A stretch of DNA of 63,968 nucleotides, filler included, from Choristocarpus tenellus KU-1152 (taxonomy: Eukaryota > Protista > Phaeophyceae): assembly GCA_964200185.2 (NCBI GenBank). It is 7 parts of 7 records of this genome, joined end to end, with 100 filler letters (N's around TTAATTAATTAA, not from the genome) between each part and the next. Parts side by side here need not be neighbours in the genome. Positions count along the whole stretch, not along the records: positions 12,382 to 34,366 come from CAXNAD020000312.1; positions 34,467 to 37,527 come from CAXNAD020022602.1; positions 37,628 to 42,477 come from CAXNAD020012803.1; 4 more parts are not named here. The stretch is one strand, 5' to 3'. A program made the translations under genes and the position numbers. The notes beneath the pieces are model-generated. The model did no database searches and was not told the DNA's origin. It worked only from the letters and a program-made list of their open reading frames with translations. This document shows, one piece after another, positions 25,223 to 37,720 of the stretch. Position 1 is the stretch's first letter, and every line of letters begins with the position of its first letter.

Positions 25223-28200
25223 ATGAATAGCAGTGATGCCCTTGTGAACACTGAAGCACATGGTTTGAATGAGGAGGAGGATGAGGACAGCGAGATTCGC
25301 ATTAATGAGGACATGGAAGACTTCTATTCTCTTGGTAGTGGTGACGAGGGTTCAAGCTCCGGCGGCGAAGTCGCTTTGGATGGTGTGTACCTAGTGTGTC
25401 AGCATCACGGAAGTCTTTCTATACTTCGCATACCACAGCATGCCTTGCAGATGCATCGTCACCATTCACTACCCCCCCCCGGCTCAGACTCACTTTCTTT
25501 GCCTGATGCTAGCACTGACCTCTTATATTTCTTTTACACCTACCTTACATCAAAATATACTCAGTTTATCTCATGCAAGTAAACCGTCCAATCTTGGTCA
25601 AGGTTTGTATGTTGGCTACTGTAACACAAGGCTTAGGATAAACTTCCTCTAGTGATGCAGCACAAATCTAAGGAAGATAGACATTCTAAATGGAGATTCG
25701 AGTAGTCTTAGCATCCAGTAAGGAGGAAGGTGCTTGAACTTTTTATGCCTCAGTTGCTATGCTAGACCCACGTTTTTCGCCATGGAAGGTTTTTTCAAAT
25801 GGAATGGATGTCGCTCAATATTCAAATTACACTGAAATACCTAACCTCCAACTGAATCTCCATGTCGCTATCCTCAAAAACCAGCAGATACATTTATGCA
25901 CTTTACATACATCCAGTTCTTTGTGTTCCAATCTCTCTCCCGCACCTATTGCCTAACCACCCTATTTTTGATTTTGTTTGCCAAGTGTCGGGCGATGATA
26001 GTGAATATGGGAGATCTCCTTACGCCCCTACTGAGACAGGGGGTGTAGAGGAAGGACCTGGACCCCCCAAATCCAAGACTTCCGCGCGAGCTACCCCTAA
26101 GGGCAAGTCTAAGGCGGGAAAACCAAAAGGTCTCAGCGCTGGCTCTGAGTCTGAGACCACAGGACAAATTAGTTCTGCCTCCAGGGGAGGTGGAAAGAAG
26201 AGGGCGCGGGCAGGCACTATGGACAGCAGTTCTGGCTTGTCGTCACGCCGGAGGGGAGGGGGGGGGGGGGAAATGCTCTTTCCTCGGCGCTGGGTGGTGA
26301 TTGGCAAGAGTGATGTGGAGGCCAATGCTGAGTCTGAACCGTGCCCTGTGGGAGACCAGGAGTTTGATGAGATGGTGCAAGGCTGCTTCCGGAATGAAGG
26401 GATGGAGAAGCTCAAGGACAAACGTGTTGTCATCATGAAGCGCTTACAGGTGAATAATGGAAGGGGAGGGGGAGAGAAGAGGTGGTTGGTGGGAATGGGC
26501 TTGATATTGAGAGGTTTTGGAAGAGGGGAGGTGACTGCCACAGGCCTTTTCATTCACTGTGTGCTTTCATGGGGCTCATCAGAGGACTGTTGCTTGGGGT
26601 TTCAATTGAATAATATTTACCATAGAATGTGAATATCAGATGTGAGAATGTTGAGGTAGTCCTAGGAGGTGAGTAAGGAGTAGATGCAGTAGCGAAGATT
26701 TATGAAAGCGAGCAGGATTGAATTCCAAAGGCAGGCCGCTAGTCCAGAGATTATCCTGAGCGTCTAAACCAGGAATTTCCCCCCTCGCCTGTGTACAAAG
26801 CAGCACTGTGGGTACTTGAATTTCTCCAATTTGTTTGATTTGTTGTAGGTCCGGTCTTGTCAAATGATACTCGAGGACTTAAGAAACTAACCAGTTGAAT
26901 AAAAGTTTGAACTTCTCTCAGCATGTGGTGCATCTGTACCTTTGACTACTCTGGCCCCTTGGTTCTAACCCTATGCCCCTGTGCGCTCCTTTCTATACTT
27001 GGACCGTCTATGATGGAGATAGGAGCTAACTGAATCTGTAGACCAAAGTTGAGACAAATGTGCTTGCTTTTCTCTTTGCCGAGGGTACCTGTATGTTCTC
27101 AAATCCGAACAACAGGCAAAGAGTGTCTTCATGCATCATGCATCCTCTCAACTTCTGTTTCCCTCGCAAAGTGAACCCTTTCACTCCTCTCAATAACCAC
27201 AAGCTCCTGTCTTTACTCTCCACTTGGTACACAGACGGAAAGGTCCATTAACCATTTTACTGCGCCAACGCAACCAAACACCCCTTAAAACTCTAGTAGT
27301 GCCCTACAAATAATGATGTGGTACCACCCACATGTCTTGGTCCCGACTACGGCTGTTTTTGTTGGACCAAAGGCAGCCTATTCATTTAACCCTTCTAGTG
27401 TGTTTTGAAGACTGCTTTTGTCATCCATACGAGATTTAAGCTTCAGCTATGTGATTCCGTACCTTGAACTCCATGATGTAGTAGTGACCTCAAGCCACAG
27501 TGATGAACTTTCAAACTATCCTTGAGAGACATGCAGTTTATTGAGGCAACTTTTGAATGTGGTGTGAAAATCTTTGACAAAATGCTGACGTTGCCACCCC
27601 TTTCTCTCCTAAGGATTGGCGGTAGGGTTCTCAAGTACAACATGTCCTTCAACATGTCCTTCACTGTTCAATTTTTGCGTCCTTTTCCCTCAATATATGG
27701 CAAGAGTCCCGTTATTTGGAAGACCTCCACAACACTTCATCAGCAGTTTGTTCACTTCTTATTTTATTCTGAAAAGTCAAGTCCATGCAACCCCTTAATC
27801 AAATGTATTAGGTGCCCTCTTGAGAGACCCTTGGTGCCTGCATGTAAGCTCTAACCTACTGTGTACCTGTGTTGCATGTATGCAACCGGGATTATCAATA
27901 TACTGAGACACTAAAATCACCTGGAACAATATACCACAATGTTGAAGGAACGGCATATTTAGGGTTTCCACCTGAACTCAAAGGCATGATCAGCAGTGAA
28001 GGCCCTCAGTGGTACCCATCCTTTTTTTTGTGTATGCTGGCTTGTCCGCTTGATGCCCAACCTGGCACCTGACACATATTCCCTGGATAGATCTTTTGTG
28101 AGCATTGACCCTCACCTGCTCTGCATCTTTTGAATGACCTAAACTTAGAGGCTTACGGGGGGCAAGGAGAGGGCTGATGTGATCGGTCGGGCACACAAGA

Positions 28201-31200
28201 GCTGTCACTGGGACTACCTCTTGAAGGAGATGATGTGGATGGCCGATGACTTTATGCAGGAGAGGAAGCGACACATGGTGGGTCAGAAATTTGATGTAAC
28301 TGAAAACCAGTTACATTTGATTTTTTGACTGTTGGTGTTGGTGTTGGTGCTGATTAGTTTGTTTGGATTGAGACTCTGTTTTTTGTGATTGAGAGTTGGA
28401 TTGAGGGTTTTATTAACGACAACTTTTGTTACATGTATTTTTGGGTAGATTTCACATTTTTTTTTCAGTAATGTGACAAAATAGCGTCAATATTTGTCTT
28501 GAAAAAGAAGAAACTATATAATGAAAAAGGAACACATTCCTGATGCCTTGTAGCCTACATCACCGAATGGATACTGTTCTACTGCACTGTAAGCTTTGGG
28601 TGTGATCTGATGTCGGTGGTTCTTGGACATGAGAGTGGCCTGAAATTTACACAAAACTGAATCTTTGCCTGCACTACCTTCTGCTGAAGAGTGGGTCATT
28701 GTATCTCCTCTAACTTACCTTTGCCTATCCCTTCCACAACCTTGTGTTGCATTGGTTGTACTACCTTAAGACAAATTCAAACCCACTATACAATGCCTAA
28801 TATATTTGAAGGCGTTCAACACTAATGACTACACACTAAACAACACTCATGACTACACACTAAACAACACTAATGACTACACACTAAACAACACTAATGA
28901 CTACACACTAAACGACACTAATGACTACACACTAAACAACACTAATGACTACACACTAAACAACACTAATGACTACACACTAAACAACACTCATGACTAC
29001 ACACTAAACAACACTCATGACTACACACTAAACAACACTCATGACTACACACTAAACAACACTAATGACTACACACTAAACAACACTAATGACTACACAC
29101 TAAACAACACTCATGACTACACACTAAACAACACTAATGACTACACACTAAACAACACTAATGACTACACACTAAACAACACACACGTGCGCACAGAGCC
29201 AGAGGAGGAAGCAGGCCAAGTCAGTGGTGCTTCACTTCAGGGGTAGGGAAGCCAGGGAAGCCAAGAAGATAAGAGAGGAGCAAGCAGCTGTCAGGCGTGT
29301 GGCATCTAGGGTAGCAAGAGAGGTCCGTGGGTTCTGGGCCAAGCTCAACAAGGTGGGTAAATTGCTGTTGGGTGGTCTAAACTGGCCTGAACTGTTGGTT
29401 GGTGTGTTATTACATTGCTAGTCTCCAGTTGGTGGTGTATGGATTGGTTGGTTGAAGTTTATCGGCAAGGATTTACTAGGTTGAGGTGTTAGGAAGGGGG
29501 GGGCAGGGTGAAGAGCAAGCATAAATATATGTGTTTTTTCATGTCTGGCTGGATTTATGCTGTGTGACCCAAACAGTCCTGTGTTAAGTCATTGTAGATT
29601 TCTCCACTGCGACTGTGGCTGTGCAGAATGCCTACTCTGTAGCGATATGTACTATGGCTCCAGAGCTGCTATGATGGCACTCTCGTGCTTTCACAGAAAC
29701 CAAAGTATTTTAGTGTTTGTAGAGGTTGGAAAAGCAGTGAAATGAGTTTGAGTTCGAGCAAGTTCTGATCATGGCAACATCAATAAAATTTGAGGGATTC
29801 TTGCGACCAAGGTGCAAATTGTTCCTTCTTTTGAACTATGGTTCTGGAACAGTTTTGGCCATCTCAAAGTGTTGGTTTTGGTGAAACATCCTCACTCAAG
29901 AAAAAAAGAAGCAAGTTCTATTTCAATGGCTTCAGTGGAATGACATTTTTTTCTATTTTTTTCTCCAAGAAGTTAACAAATAAAAAAAAGAAAATATCTT
30001 TTTGCTTGACATTAGGAATAGTCAATGACGAATACCAGGGAGTGTTGCACATTTTTCAATCCGACAAATGGTAAGGTATAAGGAGATCAGAGAGATGAAA
30101 TAGATCAAAGCAAAACTGGCATACTTTAAAAAAAAAAAAAACTGTCAGCATCAACGGAACTTGGTGGCAGTGCGAATAGATGCTGACCTAAAGAGTGACA
30201 CAGACTGTTTCAGAGTCAGCATCAGAGGCTTTGCGTGGCTGAAGTGTAGTTACAGTGAGAATAGATCAATAGGGGACAGGGTGGTTGGTGTTGACCTTCC
30301 TAGAATTAACTGCATTGAGTGACAACAAATTGCTCTTCTGGTTGCCTGCCACACACTATGGAATGGTAGGTGATTGCCTACAAGCAGAGGCTCGAGGCGG
30401 ATGAAACCAGGCGAAAAGCCATGGATAAGCACCTAGTGTTTCTGGTTAAGCAGACAGAGCGATACAGGTGAATCCCTGCCCCCACCCCCCCCATAGGCAA
30501 GCAGCAAAAATCTCACCTACATGCATATGACACTTTGTGGATCGAAGACTGCAGATGGATCTAAGTGATGGTGATGTACACTGATATGCTAATGGATGGA
30601 TCTAAGTGGGAATTGCTGACTGTTGGGATGAGACCTTTTTTGTCCTCTTTTGTCAATGTAGAGGGGTAGAGGGGTAGAGGTACACGGTGGAGATTGTGCT
30701 TGTTGAGGGATACATGAGAGGACGAAGGCGGTGTGCATTTCACCCAAGTATGACAAAAGTTCAAGTATGACAAAAGTTCAAGTATGACAAAAGTTCAAGT
30801 ATGACAAAAGTTCATGTATGACAAAAGTTCAAGTATGACAAAAGTTCAAGTATGACAAAAGTTCAAGTATGACAAAAGTTCAAGTATGACAAAAGTTCAA
30901 GTATGACAAAAGTTCAAGTGTGACAAAAGTTCAAGTATGACAAAAGTTTGTTGCGCTCGACGCTTAGAATTACGTAGCTCCTTGGAACATACCCCTTGAG
31001 TATTGTTAATGAATCCCCTGTCCCCGCCTGGATGCACTCAATTTTATTTTATTTTTTTTCTACTGTTTTATGCCTTCTCCCATTCCCATGACCATTTGCC
31101 CCCTCTGACATGCGTCCCTTGTTAACTGGCAATGCTTTTGTGTCAATGATGTTGAACTGACCATTAATAGCTCCATGCTTTGTGAGAATGGTCGGGCTGT

Positions 31201-33954
31201 TGATCTTGCAATTTTAGAGGAGGATGAAGACAGTGACCTCACGAGTACTTGGTTGGTCTCGGGGGATGTTGATTCTGTGAATAGGGGTGGGGGAGGGGGG
31301 GGGTCTGGAGGGGGGGGCACAAGCGGCAGAGCTTTGGCGAGCAGCTCTTTCGAAGGGGAGGGCAACAGGTGGGAGGAAAGAAGGTGGATGGGAGTCAGAG
31401 GGTCATGATAAGGTTATTTTTTGATTTGGTGTGAGGGTTTTGTGATTGTGGTTCAGCCTTTTTTTTATGTGTGTGTGTTGGGGGGTAAGTTCATTGATTT
31501 CTTTAGGAGGATACTATCCATAGGCTTTCTGTCTGTGTGTGTACTATACTGTAGTAGTGATATACAATAAAAAGGAAAATGGGTTAAGGTTAGGGTTAGG
31601 ATTCTGTTGTGTGGAAGGTACTGGAGGTGATGGAAAATGGAACTGTGAAGTGGCTTGCATGTGTTGAGTTGGGTATTAACTTTTTGGTTGAATTGGAGTG
31701 GGTCCTTATTTCAAGGGTACTGTGAAGGAGAGGAAGGTAAGGGGTTCTAGTGGCTCTGCTGTTTGTTCTCTGTGCAACCCAACTGAGTGCATTTACTGGA
31801 GTGGTCAGTGATGATGACCAATTGAGAAAGTTGTGATACCTCCTTTTGAAGGAAGTTGTCTCCACATGAGACTTGCTTGTGTTTGTTGATATTTGTTTAT
31901 GTTTGAGTATTCTTCTTTGGGAGGTTGTTGAGTAAGGCGTTTGTGAGTGGCTTTTGTATTTATGACATACTTCAAGGGCCTCCAATTAACAATATATATA
32001 TATATATATATTTATCCCCTCAACCTGTCATTGTCATTGTTCAGGCTATCATTGGGGTGCTCAACTTCCCCTTTCCCTACTGGAGTTGGTCAGAACTCAC
32101 CAGGGTGAGGGTCTTGAAGGCTATACATGTAGCTTTTTGGATAAGTTTGACATATGAAGATCACTACTTTTGAGTTTAGCATTATCAGTTTCAGGGTTAG
32201 GGTTGAAGAGTTATAGGGTTAAAATGTTAGAAAAAAAAATGTAATAGTTGATTAGAAAAAAATGAAGAAAAGGTTTAGACACAATCTACCCAGTGAATGC
32301 AAAGAAAAAGTGGTGAAGGTGGAAAATTATAGGCATTCATTTGGTCTTGAGTGAACATACACCAGTTCAACTTGCCCTGCCCTTCACCCCCTTCCTCTTC
32401 GCTTGACTTTCATCTCGTGCCCTTCCCTATTATTTCCTCCATCCCCCCTCCTGCTACATCCTCCACCCTTGTACGGTCCTCTCTTCACCTCGAATTGCTA
32501 ACCTTACCCTCAAATCGCCTCCACATAACTAACAATTCCAGTGATGTAGAATCTGAGGAGGGTGACAACAGCGACGTACCCAAACTGGGAATGAGGGACC
32601 TCGTTGAAGACAGTTTCCAGCAGTCTGGGGCTGTCTCTTTCCCGACCAGGAGCAGGGGCGGCTCCTGGAGTAGTGTGCGTGGTGGAACCAACATCGACAA
32701 TGGGAGCTTGGGAGTGGAGTCTGGGGAGGGGACGAGCTTGGCCGGTAGTGGGGAAAGTGATGACGAGTTTGAGGTATTGTCTGGAGAGGTGGATGTTGAT
32801 GATGAGACAACCCTGGCAGAGGTGAGTCTTTGCCGACATTCAGCAATGTGTGTGCTCCCTTTGCTTTTGTTGCATGTTGCCCTGCCTTTGTCTGTGAGGA
32901 GTCTTTATTACTGAAGGTTTGTTGTATCCCTGGGCAGAAAGTGATCTCCTTGGTTCGTGTTCATGGGCCACTGGAGGATAGACGTGTGTGAGTGAGGGTA
33001 GAGGGAGGGTATAGGGGGAGGATGTTGTGCTTGCGAATGCGTCTTCCTCCCATCCAGGAGAATTTTGAATAGTTCAAAGATTATTCGAGAGGCGTGTGTG
33101 TTTTGGTCTTTTTTTATACTTGGAAGTTTAATTTTTAATTTTTTTCAATTGAAAAAAAAAATGAAGGCATGAAAGCTTTTTAAATATGGTGTTGATAAGG
33201 ACGACTTGCTTCTGCAAACTGAGTTTACTCCCAATACAGCCAAACTGCACTCTACATATGTAAACTTTGTGCTTCAAAAAATACCAAAAGAAAGTCAGCA
33301 GGGGGCTTACAACCCAGTGGCACCCACCCCCCCCTTGGATACCTTGACTCCAACCCTAACCCTAACACCTGAATTTCCTACTCTCAATATTTGTCCCTTA
33401 TCCTAGACCTTAACCTGAGCATGACCATGTTGTAGAGTAGTATCTGCGATAACGATTAATTAATATCTTCTTGTTTATTTATTTTCTCCTAGCCCCAACT
33501 TGATTTTTTGTCAATTGCGAATGGCCGTTAGTATAGCATGTTCAACTCCAGCATAGAGAGTGAGATAGATGTCTTGTTGGGAAGGGGATACCATCTGAGG
33601 TGAGGTGGTGTGTTGCCTTTTGGATGCAGAGAGGGGGTCAGTAAGTAACTAATGCACCTTCTGTCTCTAGTGTGAGACCGTCTCTCACTCCTTGGCCAAA
33701 ACTAGAGGAACCTGAGAGGAGAAAGAGTTATTTAGTTGGACATGTTTTTGGTTTCTTAGACCCTAGTGAACATTTTGACCTATCACAACCCAAGAGCAGA
33801 ACTTGGTTTTTGTTTTTTATTGATGGCATTGCTTTGTGTCCACATTTGCATCCTTTTTTTGTTCTTTATGTGATATATGTGATATATGTGTCGTTTTTTT
33901 GACTGTTTGCCATATTGAAGTACTGTACTCCTTTGCCCTTTTGTGTGTGCGTGT

Positions 33955-33994
<40 letters not shown>

Positions 33995-34366
33995 TGCCAC
34001 TCTATGTGATTTTGATGTGATTTTGATGTGATTTTGAATATGTTGATGGCTATGGTTTGTGGGGGTGGGCAGGAGGAACAGCGTGCAGAGGAGGAAGGCG
34101 TTTCTTCCCTGGCTGCTGCGAAAAAAGAGATAAAGCTCCTGAAAGCAGATGTGTACCTTCCCATCACTGCTGTCATCAGTCGATACTACCCGGAGGGGGG
34201 GAATGGACAAGGACCACAAGGATCAGGGATGCCCCCACCAAAAGAGAATGGGAAGCACACTGAAGGGGGAAGAGACCGAGACCAGCAGGAAGGAGACAGG
34301 GGAGGGGAGGCGGGAGGAGCCGAGGGGTGGGTGGGAGGGGGGGAAGCGGGTAGAAAGGGCAATCAG
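25223..34366 (+). CDS. SWR1: SWR1/PIE1/SRCAP-like chromatin remodeler, 5' part; exons 25223-25382, 25986-26449, 28149-28277, 29197-29352, 30370-30467, 31171-31368, 32542-32821, 34073->34366 (runs into gap)
   Basis: Phase-consistent exons. HSA domain HKSCHWDYLLKEMMWMADDFMQERKRH, then VAREVRGFWAKLNKVIAYK, MDKHLVFLVKQTERYS, DDETTLAE, EIKLLKADVYLPITAVISRY, as in SWR1-family N-termini. The ATPase domain is not in the window; the first two exons are least certain. Confidence 0.85.
28818..29177 (+). repeat. Intronic minisatellite, 15 x 24 bp AACACT(A/C)ATGACTACACACTAAAC
   Basis: 360 bp of near-perfect units ending 19 nt before the exon at 29197. Confidence 0.97.
30745..30948 (+). repeat. Intronic minisatellite, 12 x 17 bp CAAGTATGACAAAAGTT
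   Basis: 204 bp; two units carry single substitutions. Confidence 0.97.
33943..33993 (+). repeat. (GT)n microsatellite
   Basis: Direct reading. Confidence 0.95.
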
Positions 34367-34466
34367 NNNNNNNNNNNNNNNNNNNNNNNNNNNNNNNNNN
34401 NNNNNNNNNNTTAATTAATTAANNNNNNNNNNNNNNNNNNNNNNNNNNNNNNNNNNNNNNNNNNNN
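34367..34466. other. Artificial contig spacer
   Basis: Same linker. Confidence 0.97.
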
Positions 34467-36228
34467 TTTTTCTGTTGGTTGTTCCACTCAAATAGATGGC
34501 TCCCCCCCTCCCCCCCCCCTCCTTCCCCATTGCTTTGCCCGTTCACTTGTGTGTCTTCTGTGTTGATTTCAGTTGAAGCTGAAATATGTCCCGAGAATAT
34601 CTGGGGATGTGACCAAGCTCTTGGATTTGGATTGACTCTTGCTCTTTTTTTTAAACTGTCATTTCGTAACTGACAATGTAAAACTGAGAGTAGCTGCTGC
34701 CTTCCTTCCTGTTTGGTGTTTGCAGTACTGAGCCTGAAACATTTGTTTGTGGATAGCTGTGTTTGTGTTCTATAATGGCGACAATTCAGCATTTCATTGA
34801 TACCAGTACTAACAGTATTATAGATAAGATTGTACACAATTCAGTCTCTGTTGCAAGTGGCAGAGGAGTAGAGCAATCCAGGGTGGGGGCTAATGTTAAG
34901 TAGGTAATCGATTCATCCAACAATCAGAGCCTATTCACATCCTATTCACATCAAAGGAAAGATTCATTTCGATGTGAAGTTGGATCTTTAACATTTTTAC
35001 ATATCTACTGCTTGGCTCATGCACTTTAAGATTTGCTGTTGGTTGGAGAGAATGCTTGAGGCAAATTATCCTAGAGAAAGGGCCTCTGTATCTGTCTTCT
35101 GAAAATGATGTTAAGTGTATGGAATTGTGTATTCAGGAACAAGCAGTTTCCTTTATGTAGACAAACCTTCTACATCCTCAGAATCCTAATGGGGGTTTCA
35201 GGCATTTGATCCGTGTAAGTATGGGGTGTGAGACTCAATGTGTTGTGAGCCCCTTCTGATCAAAATGGCCAAATTTAACCTTCCTATGGGATACTTACAG
35301 CTCTTTGATATTGGTTGGAATGTAGACTGCATTAAGGGGTACGTGATGTGGCAAATATGTGGAGTTGTAGGGGTTATGACAAGTACTCTTGTGCTCTCAT
35401 GATGTCCTGTCATGATATCCCGTGAGTTACTGCTTGAATAGAAAGAAATTATTTCCTGACTCGTTGGATGGAGATGAAACAAGCCTTGGTATTCTGGAAG
35501 TAGGTCTCATTGTGTATATGGTGCTCTGTGTCTGCCTTCCAGTACCTGTGTTCCCACCACTTAGAGGGCAATTTCAGTGGGACAAACGTTTGTCTCTTCA
35601 TCAGTTACAGCCCTTTGACTTGGGTTAACCTGCATCCTGGGTATGGGAATGAGGGTGTCAGGAAGAACGGTTTGTAAGCCCCTTATACCCAAAAGTGCCT
35701 AAATTGAACCCCCTCTAGGATACTGCGGCTCAACTCTTCCACTGCAAAATCCTGGTGTGGAGCATGCAATACATTTATTTTTTGTTGGTACTACATGCAA
35801 GCACTCTACTTTGCCATGGACCAGTTATTTCTGACTAAAGAGCTGCAACACCAGAAGTGGTCTTGATGGCGTAGTTTGATGCTTTGAAGAATCCCTCATC
35901 AAGGTTCTATTTCGAGCCACAAAGTCTCCATAGAGGAGTCACTTGGTGATAGCTCTTTATTCTACGAACATAACCCCTTGTGTGTAGTATGTCAGTAAAG
36001 ATTGACGTATCTATGACATTGTTGACATTTGCTCAAAATAAGATTGTACCATTGCTTACATGTCGGACACACAATGCTCGTTTCTCTTGATCGTAGAACG
36101 AGGGTTAGGGTTTACTAGATATTATTTGTAGAAAAAGAAGGGCAACCCCCTCCCCCCCCACAAAATGGGCATAAATATCCGTTCCATGTATCCAAAAAGC
36201 TGCAGGAGGTGTCCCACACAAGGAATCT

Positions 36229-36407
36229 GACCCAAAGTATCTGGGGGAGGGGGAGGGTCTACAGCACGGTGTCCATTTGGACCAAAATCAGGAAAAGCAC
36301 ATTTACATTATCCATCCGACGTGCGAAACCAAATCACCCAAAAATCGCGACATGAAAAAATTGACCGCAAATGGACACCCTCCACCCCCCCTCAGATACT
36401 TTGAGCC
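36229..36407. mobile_element. MITE family B, full copy (179 bp)
   Basis: GACCCAAAGTATCTGGGGG...CCCCTCAGATACTTTGAGCC; TSD TCT/TCT. Confidence 0.9.
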
Positions 36408-37527
36408 TCTGCTCAGGTGAGAAGATAATATGTCGACTCCAACATACTTGTCTGACTGAAAAGGGATACACTATGGTGTCACAGAGGAAGGTAAACATGC
36501 TATTATTTTGTTGGTTGTATCATGGGTGAAAATTCTAATGAAGTAGGCAAAAATTAGAACAAATCTTGCCCATGGGAGCTTAGTCAGTAGTGTGGATAGA
36601 CATGATACGTGGACATTCAACCTCTTGTGTAGAATAATGACCAACAGACCTTCGGGTTCACCTGGTTGGTATGCAGTCTTGACAGGAGAATATAGATGCC
36701 ATGATAATGGGTCAACATTAAAATTAGTAGTGGTAACGGAATCCATTTATTAGTTGTGAGTAGATCGTTGCCCATGTAGACACAAACAGAGCAGGTGGAT
36801 CACATTTTCACTACTATTGATAGTAGCAGACCATGAAAGCAGAAATAATCATATTCTATGTCATTCGTTCACAATACCCTAAAGTCAGTGTCGTGGTTCT
36901 TGATATAATTGATTGATTTGGTTGTAAGGTAGAATATATTTCCTGAATAGATAATTATTTCTGTTGAAATTTCAAAAAGGATAGAGGGTGTAAGAATAGA
37001 TGCATCTGTTCTTTATCAGTAACATATAACTCATGTGACATATATTTTTGTTGTTTTAAAGTACTGTTTTAATGAGAGTAAGTAGCACCAATCAAATATC
37101 TGTGACAAGTTGTAAGCTACTACATAATAGATGGATCTCGAATGATGGGTGATGGAATACGCACGAATTAGTCATATTTAATTCCAAAAGATGTTCGCAT
37201 TACCGCCACCACAGTTCCGATAGTGGGCACATACCAGTGTAGGTCTGTGGAGCTAGAAGAGTGTCCTGGATTGCTTGCTTCAGTACACAAACAACGTAAC
37301 AGTACATACATGTCGTGGAAGAGGAGATATACCTCTTGGCAATCAACCGTCACCATATCTTTTTTGTGTCCTATATATCCCACCATAATAATAATATTAT
37401 TATCAAATTATTATATTTATTTATTTTACAATTATTTGTGGAACAGGTGGAAACAGCCGACAGGTTCTTCGTAATGAGGGGGAGCGGGAAGACCCACAGG
37501 AGGACAGGTCAAAGAGAGACAAGGTCA

Positions 37528-37627
37528 NNNNNNNNNNNNNNNNNNNNNNNNNNNNNNNNNNNNNNNNNNNNTTAATTAATTAANNNNNNNNNNNNNNNNN
37601 NNNNNNNNNNNNNNNNNNNNNNNNNNN
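37528..37627. other. Artificial contig spacer
   Basis: Same linker. Confidence 0.97.
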
Positions 37628-37720
37628 GTTGTTGATAGACCCTTCGTGCCCACGTGCCCCACGTTCACAGTCCATGCCCCATCACTCTCACATCCACCTA
37701 CTGTTTTGCTTTGTTCACAG

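Noticed and set aside
28806-29246. 146-aa ORF of NTNDYTLN repeats as a repeat protein
   Set aside because: No ATG start (TTG), lies in a SWR1-like intron, and is out of frame with the following exon; a by-product of a stop-free 24-mer.
28818-30948. Tandem arrays as CRISPR
   Set aside because: Units are head-to-tail with no unique spacers, there are no cas genes, and the context is eukaryotic.
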